Shown one piece after another: positions 1 through 9,698 of a DNA stretch of 64,000 nt. This DNA comes from Mayamaea pseudoterrestris (taxonomy: Eukaryota), in contig BROI01000001.1 of the NCBI GenBank assembly GCA_027923505.1, positions 248,001 through 312,000 of the forward strand, written 5' to 3'. The notes below the pieces were generated by a model. The model searched no databases. It saw nothing but the letters and a program-made list of their open reading frames with translations, and was not told where the DNA came from. The stretch's first letter is position 1. Each line of letters begins with the position of its first letter. The position numbers and the translations under genes were made by a program.

Positions 1-2
1 TC

Positions 3-2144
3 CTCGTCGTCATCGTCATCCGAAGAGTCATAGTCGTCGTCCTCGGTCGGCTCGACGTCAAACTCGTTCGGATCCCAAGGCCCATCGAAGGTCATCATGA
101 CCCGAGGTAAGGTGTGAAGCTCATGCGCCGACACTGGAAACATGGGCAAGGTCGCCATGCCACTTTCCATCCCGAGCATAAACTTGTATCCATCTGGCGT
201 TTCGATTCGTAACTTGCCACCAAAGTTATAATGCTTATCGTTGACATGAAGTCCGAAGGCTTCCATCTGCATACTCGAATGAATCGTCTTGCCGGTTCCA
301 GAATATGCGTAATTATGGAACTCACCGACGACCCAACCCTTGGTGCTCTTAAGCTTGGCGACTGCTGTGACGGTAGACAGGTCCGGAAGTTTGAGACCAC
401 CGACTCCAGTGACTTCAATCTTGTGGAACTTGTCCTCGGTAAGGATGCGGCCGTCCGCTCCCCATACTCCGCCACTCGCGCCGCGATCGACAGTCGACGC
501 TGAATGCTTATCCAAGTCAATGCTCGCGACTTTGTACTTGCGACTCTGAGCGATATTCGCTCCCCGAGTCGTAGTCGTGGGCTGGTCTGGACCTAAGAAA
601 CTTCGCATCGCTGAGCCACGGCTGGTGTTGTTCACACGCTTGGTCGCCGCACTCGCCGTCGTTGCCGCTGATGAAGTGGCTGCGACGTTTGCGTTGCGTG
701 TTGTACTCGTCGTCTGCGTGGTGCCTGCCTGTGTTGCTGATGCCGAACCACCTGCAGCACTGGCCGCTCGACTCGTACCACGGCGTTCAAACACTTCATG
801 TTGCTGGTCGCGGGTAAGGAGTCGCCACGTGTTTGGTGGAATCGTCGCATTCACGTCGCTGGGAATTTCGATCGTCTTCGTGTCGGCATAGCTGCGAACA
901 TACGAACGAGTATCTCCCCGACCGCGGCCGCCGCCGCCGCCTCGTCCCGTGCTCAAGTCGCCGCGACCACCACCCCCCTGATTGGACTGCTGATTGTTGC
1001 TGCTACTTGGCGTAGACTGGGAATTGTTCGCGCTTGCCTTCTTCGTCTTCTCCTTCTCTTTCTTGGTCTGCTCAGATTGGTTCGCCTGACGCTTCTCGGT
1101 CTCCTTGATGCCACGACGATTGTCAGATTGACGTGCGACGTCGTTCAGGAGGTTCCAAAACTGGGTGTACGCCATCGGGTTGCCGGTCTTGGACTCTTCG
1201 ATCAGCGCCATGTTCACCGCCGCTGCCATATCCGCATGGCGGAAAACCGCGCGTTCCAAAATCTGACGCTTCGTGCTTGCTGTAAGTAGCTCGGTTTCCT
1301 CGGCGTAGTCATTGTAGTTCTCTTCCTTGCTGGACCACTGGATAAGCCAATTGACGAGAGACTTGGCGTAACCCGCGTCGAGGGTGAAATTGCGCCATTC
1401 GTCTTCGGCCGAACGTAGATCCAACTTGCGCGCCATCCCATCGAGGAATGTCGCCTCCAACTCTGCAATGCACGCTGAGGCATTCGCGCTGTCGATGTGC
1501 TTGCGGACAATGAGCTTGCTCTGCGGTGTCTTGCAGGTATACTCGAGCGCCGCTAAAAGCTTCGAACACTGATACTGATACTCGGCGAATTCGGGCTCGA
1601 GTGCAGCTGGTGCCTTGAACTCGTCGTCCCAAAAGTAGCCAAGTCGCTCGCTTCGCATGCGGTTCTTGAAGGCCCGCCAGTAGGAGCAGAACTTGCGATC
1701 GTTCTTGAGCTCCAGCATGGTCTTCAGATCCAGCTTGATGTCGTGTCGCTTCGTCGTGGTGTCGTTGCCTCCGATAACGCTGAAGTCTCCGAAACTGCGG
1801 TTGCCTGCGGTCGGTGACCCCGGTGCTACTGGGAGGTCTCGGCTCGTAATCTGGTCTTTCTCCAAGTCTTGCCATTGCGCAGTCGTCCGACGTTGCTCGT
1901 GAATCCAACTCATGAGCTTGCGCAATCGGCTTGTTCGTATCGTCGACCACTGGTACTGGTTCTTAATGTTCGTCACGTCTTGTTCCGACAACTCGGCCAT
2001 CGCCTCCGCAGTCGTGAGTTCCTCGGATTCGAAGCATACTGCGGTAGGGTCGTTTGGGTCCCAAGCTGCGGACGCTGCGAGCCACGGAATATCGAAGACT
2101 TTACCGACGGCACGCTTGTAGGTCGTTACATCAATCGTCGTCAT
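3..2144 (-). CDS. Copia gag-pol polyprotein N-terminal part (gag, RGG/low-complexity linker, aspartic protease); open off the left edge
   Basis: Manual translation from ATG 2144 (MTTIDVTTYKRAVG...) gives 714 codons without a stop. Protease-like STVDRGASGGVWGADGRIL, then GKTIHSSMQMEAFGLHVNDK...GGKLRIETPDGY...LPRVMMTFDGPWDPNEFD, a block typical of diatom copia polyproteins. Confidence 0.85.
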   Translation of the reverse strand, partial: MTTIDVTTYKRAVGKVFDIPWLAASAAWDPNDPTAVCFESEELTTAEAMAELSEQDVTNIKNQYQWSTIRTSRLRKLMSWIHEQRRTTAQWQDLEKDQITSRDLPVAPGSPTAGNRSFGDFSVIGGNDTTTKRHDIKLDLKTMLELKNDRKFCSYWRAFKNRMRSERLGYFWDDEFKAPAALEPEFAEYQYQCSKLLAALEYTCKTPQSKLIVRKHIDSANASACIAELEATFLDGMARKLDLRSAEDEWRNFTLDAGYAKSLVNWLIQWSSKEENYNDYAEETELLTASTKRQILERAVFRHADMAAAVNMALIEESKTGNPMAYTQFWNLLNDVARQSDNRRGIKETEKRQANQSEQTKKEKEKTKKASANNSQSTPSSSNNQQSNQGGGGRGDLSTGRGGGGGRGRGDTRSYVRSYADTKTIEIPSDVNATIPPNTWRLLTRDQQHEVFERRGTSRAASAAGGSASATQAGTTQTTSTTRNANVAATSSAATTASAATKRVNNTSRGSAMRSFLGPDQPTTTTRGANIAQSRKYKVASIDLDKHSASTVDRGASGGVWGADGRILTEDKFHKIEVTGVGGLKLPDLSTVTAVAKLKSTKGWVVGEFHNYAYSGTGKTIHSSMQMEAFGLHVNDKHYNFGGKLRIETPDGYKFMLGMESGMATLPMFPVSAHELHTLPRVMMTFDGPWDPNEFDVEPTEDDDYDSSDDDDDE

Positions 2145-2233
2145 GGTGGAGGTTGATCAGAGGAATCGGACTCGCTGCAGACGAATGTGTCACGATAGCT
2201 CCCTCGCTCGTTCTCGCTCTCAAAGCACTGAAA

Positions 2234-2586
2234 TGTTAATCTAACACCGTTGACGATTTCGCAGTCAACGTCTTACCTCCAAAAAGCTCCGATACAGGGT
2301 CCTTGGCCACGGTCTGTACAGCTCTTGATGGAGATGGCTCGTCGAATAGTCTTGCGCTCGCCACTACACGAATACGACTGCACTCTCGTCGCAAACTAGT
2401 AGTTCTATATTGTGAGCTTATCGCTACATCGCTACATCGACCACTCGGAAGATCATCCGATCAATCCGTTTCTTTCAATCACATTACATCAGTCGTAACT
2501 GGTCGTTCCATTCATACAACGCATCCACACGACGGTTGCGCACTTTCTTCATTCACATGTCACATACGACAGCTGCGGACTCGACA
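2234..2586 (-). repeat. Putative 5' LTR
   Basis: On the minus strand it starts TGTCGAG and ends ATTAACA, about 90 nt upstream of the gag ATG. Non-coding, with a hairpin (CGTTGAC 2248-2254 / GTCAACG 2264-2270). Cannot be confirmed without the 3' LTR. Confidence 0.4.
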
Positions 2587-2590
2587 CAAG

Positions 2591-3529
2591 CTAATTAGGG
2601 TTCGGGCTCTTGACTTCGCCGCTCTGCGACTTGTCATGGGCTTCGTCACGCTCGCTCAATACGCGGACAAAGGCAGCATGGGGAATGGTACTGGCGGGAG
2701 CTTGTGCTGCCATCGTTTGCGACGGAATGATGGCGTCAACGTCAACGGGCCCGTCCACTTGGTCTGCGGCAGCGTCACGTTGCCCACTCGAGGGATGCTT
2801 GTCATCCGTCGTGTCAGCATGGTTTTCCGACACGGGCTCTCGAATCTCGTCATCATGAATGGCTGATAGCTTTGCAAGCGTTTGCTTCGTTATTATGCAT
2901 GCCATGGCTGGCTGTTTCGCATCCATTTTTGTCACCGTTTTGGACACCGTAGGCTTGAGCTCCGGAAAGAGTATCATGTTTCGGCCATGGTTGCCATGAC
3001 CATGGTTGTAAGTTCTAGTAGCACTGATATGTTTCGTTTTGACGTGAATGCTTTCTTGTCTCGGAGGTGACAAGGGCAGTGCTGGTTTCTCGCCGTGACG
3101 GAGGTCTTGTTCATCGACTGCATCGACCACGCTATTGCTACTGCTGACTTCGCCCTTTTCCAAAAAGCAAACTGCCTGTAGTTTGAGCATCAGTCTCTCA
3201 TTCTCCATCAAAGCTTGCTCCAAACGAACGTCACTCTCGTGCATTGACATGGCGAGCTTTGATACAGTCTCTTGGAGTGCTTGGCACTCGTCCGTTTTGG
3301 AACGAAGCTCGGCGTTCATTTCCGTCAAGGCACTGCTCAATGCAGCGTGAACACTGGCAGTTGAGCTGCTTGACAAAGCAACCGTTCTTGTCATTAATTG
3401 CTTGCTCCGCGGTGAATCGACGAGTGATGACGAAGACTGGAAACCAACCAGCAACCCATCGTAATCGTCATCGGCATGCTTGTGGTTGCTGCCGCAGTTG
3501 AGCTTGCCAAGAAGGGCCGGTCGCATCAT
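2591..3529 (-). CDS. Hypothetical protein with central coiled coil
   Basis: Long ORF (track 2591-3706 starts at GTG; first ATG is 3529). Heptad segment LTEMNAELRSKTDECQALQETVSKL...LEQALMENERLMLKLQ; otherwise low complexity. Confidence 0.55.
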   Translation of the reverse strand: MMRPALLGKLNCGSNHKHADDDYDGLLVGFQSSSSLVDSPRSKQLMTRTVALSSSSTASVHAALSSALTEMNAELRSKTDECQALQETVSKLAMSMHESDVRLEQALMENERLMLKLQAVCFLEKGEVSSSNSVVDAVDEQDLRHGEKPALPLSPPRQESIHVKTKHISATRTYNHGHGNHGRNMILFPELKPTVSKTVTKMDAKQPAMACIITKQTLAKLSAIHDDEIREPVSENHADTTDDKHPSSGQRDAAADQVDGPVDVDAIIPSQTMAAQAPASTIPHAAFVRVLSERDEAHDKSQSGEVKSPNPN

Positions 3530-3916
3530 GCTTCTGCTCAATATTGATGGAGCAGAACCTTCATTTATATTTGCGCTACTGAAGTCTTGTTTACTTCTAA
3601 TGGAAGAAGGTATATGCAAGCAGCAGCCATCAACGTTGTCACTCCATCTCTGGGTCGCGCGAGACTTTGAATTTTGCACCGCGAATTGGCGATCGAGGTG
3701 CGTCACAGTGCGCGAGTTTCACTGTGACACGAGCTCGGCTGGCTCGCCAAACGAAGGCACGCATGAAGAGCACGAACGCCCACTATTTGACAACGCGCAC
3801 CGTGACATCCATCCAAAACGACGTCGAAGATCCTCCCAGGAGCCATTTGGATAGCTTTTCAATAGACTGCACCTCTAGTATCTTAACGTTACACCCCTTG
3901 TTCACTATAACTCGCG

Positions 3917-5893
3917 ATGCAGATCCTAAAGACTCTGTCGCTCCTTTTGTTAGCTCATTTTCCAGCCAGTATTGCGTGGGTGCAGCCAAGGCCAATCCAT
4001 ACTCCGAAATGCCTTCATTCGTCGAGCAAGCCGACATCCTCCATCAATGCCATTGTCTCTTCCCCTAATCCTTCTACATCTACCAACTTCCTTGACAGCT
4101 TTACCAAGTCTCTCGTATCGCTCACGACGACTGGAAACACGGATGTTCGAGGAAAGTTTCTTGATCATCTAAATGCAACAGATGCTGCTGCCGACCAAGA
4201 CGCAACTTCCTTTCCATCCATGCTGCAGCAAATGTACGCATCGACAGACAGCAATGGCAATGCATCATCAGCAGCTACAACCGGAATACTATCGCCGTTG
4301 CATGCCTTTTGCCTCGGTCACGCGCTGGGACGCATGCTGCTGGCGGACCGACACGCAAGTGGAATTGCAGCCGACGACGAGTCAACCATTACGGTCGTCC
4401 TTGGCCGAGATCCACGCCCGCATGGTAGTCGACTGGCGAGTGCCTTGGCAAAGGGAATGGTTGACGCTGGCAGTAGCGTTGATGCCGACGCCGCATCCGC
4501 CAGAATCAGCGTTGTGCATCAACGTGCTAAACTTGCATCAACACCAAGCATGGCATGGATTGTTGCGCAAAGACAAGCGGATGCCGCCGTCATGGTCACG
4601 GCTAGTCACTTGCCCGTTGACAAGAATGGATTCAAATTTTACACGTCCACAGGTTGGAGCTTGGCGCGCGTCAACGAGCTGGGAAGATTGGCAGTGGAGT
4701 GTGCGCAAATGCTCTGGGACAATCAGCAACAGAATAATGAACAATTGTCGAGTCTGCAGTCGAAATATCAGCTGGCAATTGACAAAATTAAAGATGAGGA
4801 ATGGGTCGGGTTCTTTCCCGAGTACACGCAGTCCTTGAAGGATGCTGTATTGCGTGAAACGCAAGGCATAATCACTATTTCAAATACAAGGCCACTTGAC
4901 GGACTTTGCATTGTCGTCAACTCGGGCCATGGATCGGGTGGCTTTTTGGGACAAGTGTTGAGCGACTTGGGTGCCGACGTTTCCAAAAGCATTCACTTGA
5001 CACCAAATGGAGCCTTTCCGGCAGGAGTGCCAAACCCCGAAAACAAGAAAATGGTGGTTGCGACAATGGAGCAGTGCCAAACGGTGCGCGCCGATTTGGG
5101 CATTATGCTTGACACGGACGCGGACCGGTGCGGTTTCATTGTACCAGCATTGGACGTGGGCAGTGGCAAATATGAAGCACTAAATCGTAATCGATTAATT
5201 GCCTTGCTGGGAGTTGCCTTCAGCAAGCAAACACCAGGGTGCGCCATTGTCACTGACTCGGTCACTTCAGAAGGTTTGTCAACGTTTCTGACAAGTTTGG
5301 GTTTGCAGCATGTCCGATATTTGAAGGGCTACGCTAACGTGATCAACAAAGCCAAGGAGCTGACTGAAGCCGGCGCAGTAAACGCCGAAGTGGCGATTGA
5401 AACGTCGGGGCATTGCGCCATGCGCGAAAACAATTACATTGATGATGGAACGTACACGGCCGTCAAGGTTGTCAGCATGCTAGCAAGGGAGGCAGCACAA
5501 GCGCCAAGCAGCAGTCCACTACTGAAACTTATCGAGCAGCTACAAGAAATGCCCGTCGCGGAGGAGCTCCGGCTGCGCGTGCACGACGAGTCGCTCGATA
5601 CGATGCGATTGACGTTTGGCCTTTGCAAGCGCGAAATTGAGCGGCTCGCGGGCCAAAGTTATCATAATTGGGAGCTGGATTCTGACAATCTGGAAGGGAT
5701 TCGAATACGCTTTGGCAGTGACCAGTTCTTCATGTTGCGAAAGTCACTGCACGATCCCATTATATCGCTGCAGATCGAAGCGCTGTCGAAGAAGTCAGCA
5801 GAAGAATACGTTATGATGCCTCTGTGGAATGCGTTGCAGTCAGTTGACAACATCAGAGAGAAGTTAAATATGGACGTACTGAGACACACTTGA
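3917..5893 (+). CDS. Phosphoglucomutase/phosphomannomutase (alpha-D-phosphohexomutase) family, probably plastid-targeted
   Basis: GRDPR, phosphoserine loop VTASHLP, metal loop DTDADR, sugar-binding IETSGH. N-terminal signal peptide ending ASIA-W. Confidence 0.92.
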   Translation: MQILKTLSLLLLAHFPASIAWVQPRPIHTPKCLHSSSKPTSSINAIVSSPNPSTSTNFLDSFTKSLVSLTTTGNTDVRGKFLDHLNATDAAADQDATSFPSMLQQMYASTDSNGNASSAATTGILSPLHAFCLGHALGRMLLADRHASGIAADDESTITVVLGRDPRPHGSRLASALAKGMVDAGSSVDADAASARISVVHQRAKLASTPSMAWIVAQRQADAAVMVTASHLPVDKNGFKFYTSTGWSLARVNELGRLAVECAQMLWDNQQQNNEQLSSLQSKYQLAIDKIKDEEWVGFFPEYTQSLKDAVLRETQGIITISNTRPLDGLCIVVNSGHGSGGFLGQVLSDLGADVSKSIHLTPNGAFPAGVPNPENKKMVVATMEQCQTVRADLGIMLDTDADRCGFIVPALDVGSGKYEALNRNRLIALLGVAFSKQTPGCAIVTDSVTSEGLSTFLTSLGLQHVRYLKGYANVINKAKELTEAGAVNAEVAIETSGHCAMRENNYIDDGTYTAVKVVSMLAREAAQAPSSSPLLKLIEQLQEMPVAEELRLRVHDESLDTMRLTFGLCKREIERLAGQSYHNWELDSDNLEGIRIRFGSDQFFMLRKSLHDPIISLQIEALSKKSAEEYVMMPLWNALQSVDNIREKLNMDVLRHT

Positions 5894-6079
5894 TTGCCAC
5901 CCTCGCGGAAGGGGTCATATCATTACAAGACACCGGACACCGTTAGCCGAGGGTTCAAATATCAATTTCGACGGTGAAGCAAAAGTTACTTTTCTGCCGT
6001 CTTGATGAATGTTGATAATTTACTTGCATCAAGGTTAAACAGCTTTAATTTTTATAATTATACTTATAACACACATACA

Positions 6080-8632
6080 CTACATTGACTTTTTGCTTCG
6101 CAAGACCAAGTCCCATATTGCGCCTTCCGGCCCGTCCGCGAGAGACGTAATGGGCAGCAATTCATCCAGTTTCGACTCGCTCTGATCGGTGGCGCATTTT
6201 TTTAGCCTCATGAGTTCCTCGCGCAGACTTCGGTTCTCCTCCTCGAGCTTGACGATTCGTCGACGACTTCGGTCCGCTTCGTTACTTACGCGCAGCGACA
6301 ATCCAGATGGCGGTCGACCGATGATCTTGACGCGTGAGTAAGACGAGGAAGCCATGGCGGACCCAGATGCAATCGAGTCAATGTCATCGTGTTGGTTCGA
6401 CCAGTCTACATCTTGTCGGTCCAGTTGCGCCTCGAGCCGGCAGACGCATTCGTCCAAAGCCTTTTCTAGTCGGAGCATGTCCCGAATTGCGTTCAAGTAA
6501 GGCCACGTTGCCAATTGGCCATATTTCAGATAAACTTTCATGTCGTCCAATGTCGGATTGCTGAGTGCCTTGAGACCGAAAACCTGCATCGTTGTGAACC
6601 GCGGAACTATCGTCAGATTGCCGTAGTACCTCTGCTTGAACACTTTGGAAATATCGTGACCAAAGATTCTTGGAAAGAGGCCAAGTCTACTTAACTTGAG
6701 AGCTCGGCTTCTTATATCCCACTCCAAATGTTGAAAAATTTGCCAATATTTGCTCGTCCTTGTCGGGTGATGCTCTTTGTTCAAAAATGGCACAATGTGG
6801 AAGTTGGTCTGCGATACAATATAGTTTGACACGGCAAATAGTGCGGAGATGCGCTGAAATGGCAAATCCGCTTGGACAGATCCATCGATCCATTCATTAC
6901 CGTCGACCTCAAAGGCTTCAAGCTCGCCAGTACTGCTCTTGGCAATCAACTTTGCAGCCGCCATGACCCCAGGCAACGCGCAACTGGCTGCCACGGCACT
7001 CGCCACAGTTACGTGAGGAGTCGAAATATGATTCAACAGCAAACGTTGCGCCGAGTTGCCCCCACCTTGTGCTCGCGATGCCGAAACTGTAATGCATACA
7101 TGCTTACCAGTCTTTTCAAAAGCTTCCTCAAAGGTAATATCACCGTAGTAAAACTGGCAGGTCCGCCGAAACTCGGCACTATCCACCAGGAGTTTATTTT
7201 TCATCCAATATGCTGCCATTTCCGTCATGGAGGGGAACCAGCGAATATTCTGCTTGCGCATTTGTCCATCGAATCGAAAGTCGGTACTCACTTCTGGCAC
7301 GCAAACTTGCTTGTAAAGCTCGTCATTGGTGCAAACGGCACACATTGCGGCAATAATGCTTCCCCCAGAGGTTCCAGAAATTACCTTGATCTTGTCATAT
7401 AGTTTACTTTCAATGAGGGCCCGGATGACTCCCAAGTGGTACATGGCTTGCGCTCCTCCACCCGAAAGCATGAGGGCCGATCGACCCATGTTTTGCTTCA
7501 TTTTGCGAACCAGCATGGCTCGATCCAAAAGCTCCGCCTCCTTGTTGGCGTTGTTGCTGGCAGCTGCTGCCGCAGATTCCGCCAGATAGTCTAGCCCGCG
7601 TTCCACTTCCTCGTAGTAGGCTCGAATAATCTTTCGCGACGCACTCGTCAATCCATACTCGCCGCATTCGGCAATACAACGAGCATTCTCCTGAACAAGT
7701 ATGTCATCGAGGTTCAAATGATTGCGCTTGACGACACCTGACAGTAGATACTGCAACAATGTTGTTTCGCCGTTTGGTTTGGCTGCCGCTTCGCGCGCTT
7801 CCTTGAGGCGAGCCGTGGTGGTGACGAGCAAATCGGCAGTCTTTGCTCCCAGTTCCTCGGCAATGATTGGATTCTCAATCGTTGACATGGTTTGAGAAGT
7901 GGATGATTGTGAATTGTTTTGTTGCTGCTGGGTAGAAAACGAATAGTTTCTAGGGAGACGCGAGGGAGACTCATCAGCATTTGCTTGCGTTGAAAACGAT
8001 TGCGATCGCGCCATGGTATTTGGCGCGGGCAAGGCTCCATCAATTGCATTCCGACCGTCTGATATTTTGTTGGATGTTTGCTGCTTCCAAACTTTGGAGT
8101 CTGGTTTTTCTGCGATACGAATCTTGAGAAAGTCCTCGTAACAAGTCGCCTCCTGCAACCTCTTGTTCCAAAGTCGGCGTCGGCCACTACCTCGTGCGCT
8201 CAGCCAAGTTGACCCCGACTTGTCAATCAAGCTGATGACTTGGGCCCGCAGCAAGCTATACGTTTTGAGAACACTGAGAAGCATCAAGTCGCCGACAATC
8301 ATGAAGAATTGGTAGCATACATAACCAAACTGCAAGCAGCCAAAGACAATGGACGTTAGCAACCAAAAGAACCACGCCCAAGCAGCGGCCACTGCAAAGA
8401 CAAGGGTCAGTAATATTGGCCAGAAGAACACGAGCAATGCTACAATGGGAAGTACGCGAGACGGTTGGTGAATGTGACTGCCAATGGCTTGGTAGACTGT
8501 TTGAAGGTGCACTCCAATGGATGCTGTCAGTGCAAGCACTCGCGTCCACCAAAGCGACAAACTCAACCAGCATTGAGCTAGCCAGTCAACGTAGGGCTGC
8601 AAGTAGACTGGAACGTTGATGAGAATCTCCAT
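6080..8632 (-). CDS. Patatin-domain triacylglycerol lipase (SDP1/TGL3-4-like) with N-terminal membrane region
   Basis: LSGGG oxyanion motif, GTSGG nucleophile elbow, SAVAASCALPG, WIDGSV catalytic Asp, NYIVSQTNFH. First ATG at 8632. Confidence 0.9.
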   Translation of the reverse strand: MEILINVPVYLQPYVDWLAQCWLSLSLWWTRVLALTASIGVHLQTVYQAIGSHIHQPSRVLPIVALLVFFWPILLTLVFAVAAAWAWFFWLLTSIVFGCLQFGYVCYQFFMIVGDLMLLSVLKTYSLLRAQVISLIDKSGSTWLSARGSGRRRLWNKRLQEATCYEDFLKIRIAEKPDSKVWKQQTSNKISDGRNAIDGALPAPNTMARSQSFSTQANADESPSRLPRNYSFSTQQQQNNSQSSTSQTMSTIENPIIAEELGAKTADLLVTTTARLKEAREAAAKPNGETTLLQYLLSGVVKRNHLNLDDILVQENARCIAECGEYGLTSASRKIIRAYYEEVERGLDYLAESAAAAASNNANKEAELLDRAMLVRKMKQNMGRSALMLSGGGAQAMYHLGVIRALIESKLYDKIKVISGTSGGSIIAAMCAVCTNDELYKQVCVPEVSTDFRFDGQMRKQNIRWFPSMTEMAAYWMKNKLLVDSAEFRRTCQFYYGDITFEEAFEKTGKHVCITVSASRAQGGGNSAQRLLLNHISTPHVTVASAVAASCALPGVMAAAKLIAKSSTGELEAFEVDGNEWIDGSVQADLPFQRISALFAVSNYIVSQTNFHIVPFLNKEHHPTRTSKYWQIFQHLEWDIRSRALKLSRLGLFPRIFGHDISKVFKQRYYGNLTIVPRFTTMQVFGLKALSNPTLDDMKVYLKYGQLATWPYLNAIRDMLRLEKALDECVCRLEAQLDRQDVDWSNQHDDIDSIASGSAMASSSYSRVKIIGRPPSGLSLRVSNEADRSRRRIVKLEEENRSLREELMRLKKCATDQSESKLDELLPITSLADGPEGAIWDLVLRSKKSM

Positions 8633-8883
8633 CACGTTAATGTAATTGCGAAGGATGTAATGTTGGACAGCACAAAGTGTTCCATGGTTGAACGGTGAAG
8701 TGACGAGCGAGTGACAGCGCTTTTCCTCCCTTGGCGCGCCGGCATGGCCAGTGTCACAGGGCAATTCAAAGCAACTTAACCTTTAACCTTAAATGCCACT
8801 CACTCAGTTGAAGCCCAAAGATCGCGGCGCGCAAACGTCGACCCTTTCCTTTTGCTCGTCCTTGCTACACTGCTTGTTTCACC

Positions 8884-9572
8884 ATGAAGATTGCCGCTGC
8901 TACCCTCACTCTGTTCGCATCGGCTTCGGCCTTTAGCCCCTCTTCCACTCAATCCCGCCAAACAGCCGTATCCGCGACGGCTGACTTGACCGGCTTGGTG
9001 GGCACGGACATTGAGAATGGCAACAAAATCTTTGACCCCGTCGGCTTGGCGCAGTGGGCACCCGTCGACTACCTGCGCAAGGCGGAACTAAGCAATGGAC
9101 GCGCGGCAATGCTGGCGACGGTTGGATGGGTCTGGCCCAAGTTTGTTGGAACCTTCGACTCGAATGATGTCAGCACGACGGACCCTATTGATGCCATTAT
9201 GCAAGCCGATCCACAATGGTGGGCGCAATTCATTCTTCTTTGTGGCACCATTGAAGCCATCAAGTACCGAGGAGAGCAGGAGGGAAAGAGCTACACTGGT
9301 GAGGGTGATGCCGTCATTGACTACCTTAAGCAGTGGAACAAGCTTTCGGCGCCAGAGAAGGAGAAGATGCGTTTGAAGGAACTCAAGAATGGACGACTGG
9401 TATGTGGATGTACTGGATATGAGACGTAAGGAATGAAGGAAATGAATGGAAGATTATTTTGCTCACTTTTAACCCTCCTTTTTCTAATTTTCAGGCAATG
9501 ATTGGCTTTGCTGGATTCTTGGCAAACCACTTTATTCCGGGAAGCGTCCCAGGATTGCCAGAAGGATTCTAA
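8884..9572 (+). CDS. Fucoxanthin-chlorophyll a/c light-harvesting protein (possibly Lhcr-type); 2 exons 8884-9399, 9495-9572, 197 aa
   Basis: ASAFSP plastid motif, FDPVGLA, AELSNGRAAMLA. Removing the GT-AG intron 9400-9494 restores ELKNGRL|AMIG. Confidence 0.95.
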
Positions 9573-9698
9573 ACATTTCCTCTATTATTTTACAACAAAA
9601 TAACAATACAATACTCTTTGCGCTATCCAATATTGACTTTCGTGTAAATATATAGTACGTAAGCATCCACCATGAAGAACGGCTCCCCCTTGCGCACC

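Larger units (their letters stand above)
1..2586 (-). mobile_element. Ty1/copia LTR retrotransposon of the diatom CoDi type, 5' part (continues beyond left edge)
   Basis: Contains a gag-protease ORF with CoDi-like motifs. Upstream non-coding stretch bounded by TG...CA could be the 5' LTR (about 2234-2586). Outer boundary uncertain because the second LTR is outside the window. Confidence 0.8.

Noticed and set aside
95..2239. Many short ORFs on both strands in the track
   Set aside because: Off-frame or antisense shadows of the single copia ORF (2144 to the edge).
2286..2296. TGTATCGGAGC (minus strand) resembling the tRNA-iMet PBS TGGTATCAGAGC
   Set aside because: Lacks TGG and is not preceded by a CA LTR end; not accepted as the PBS, though not excluded.
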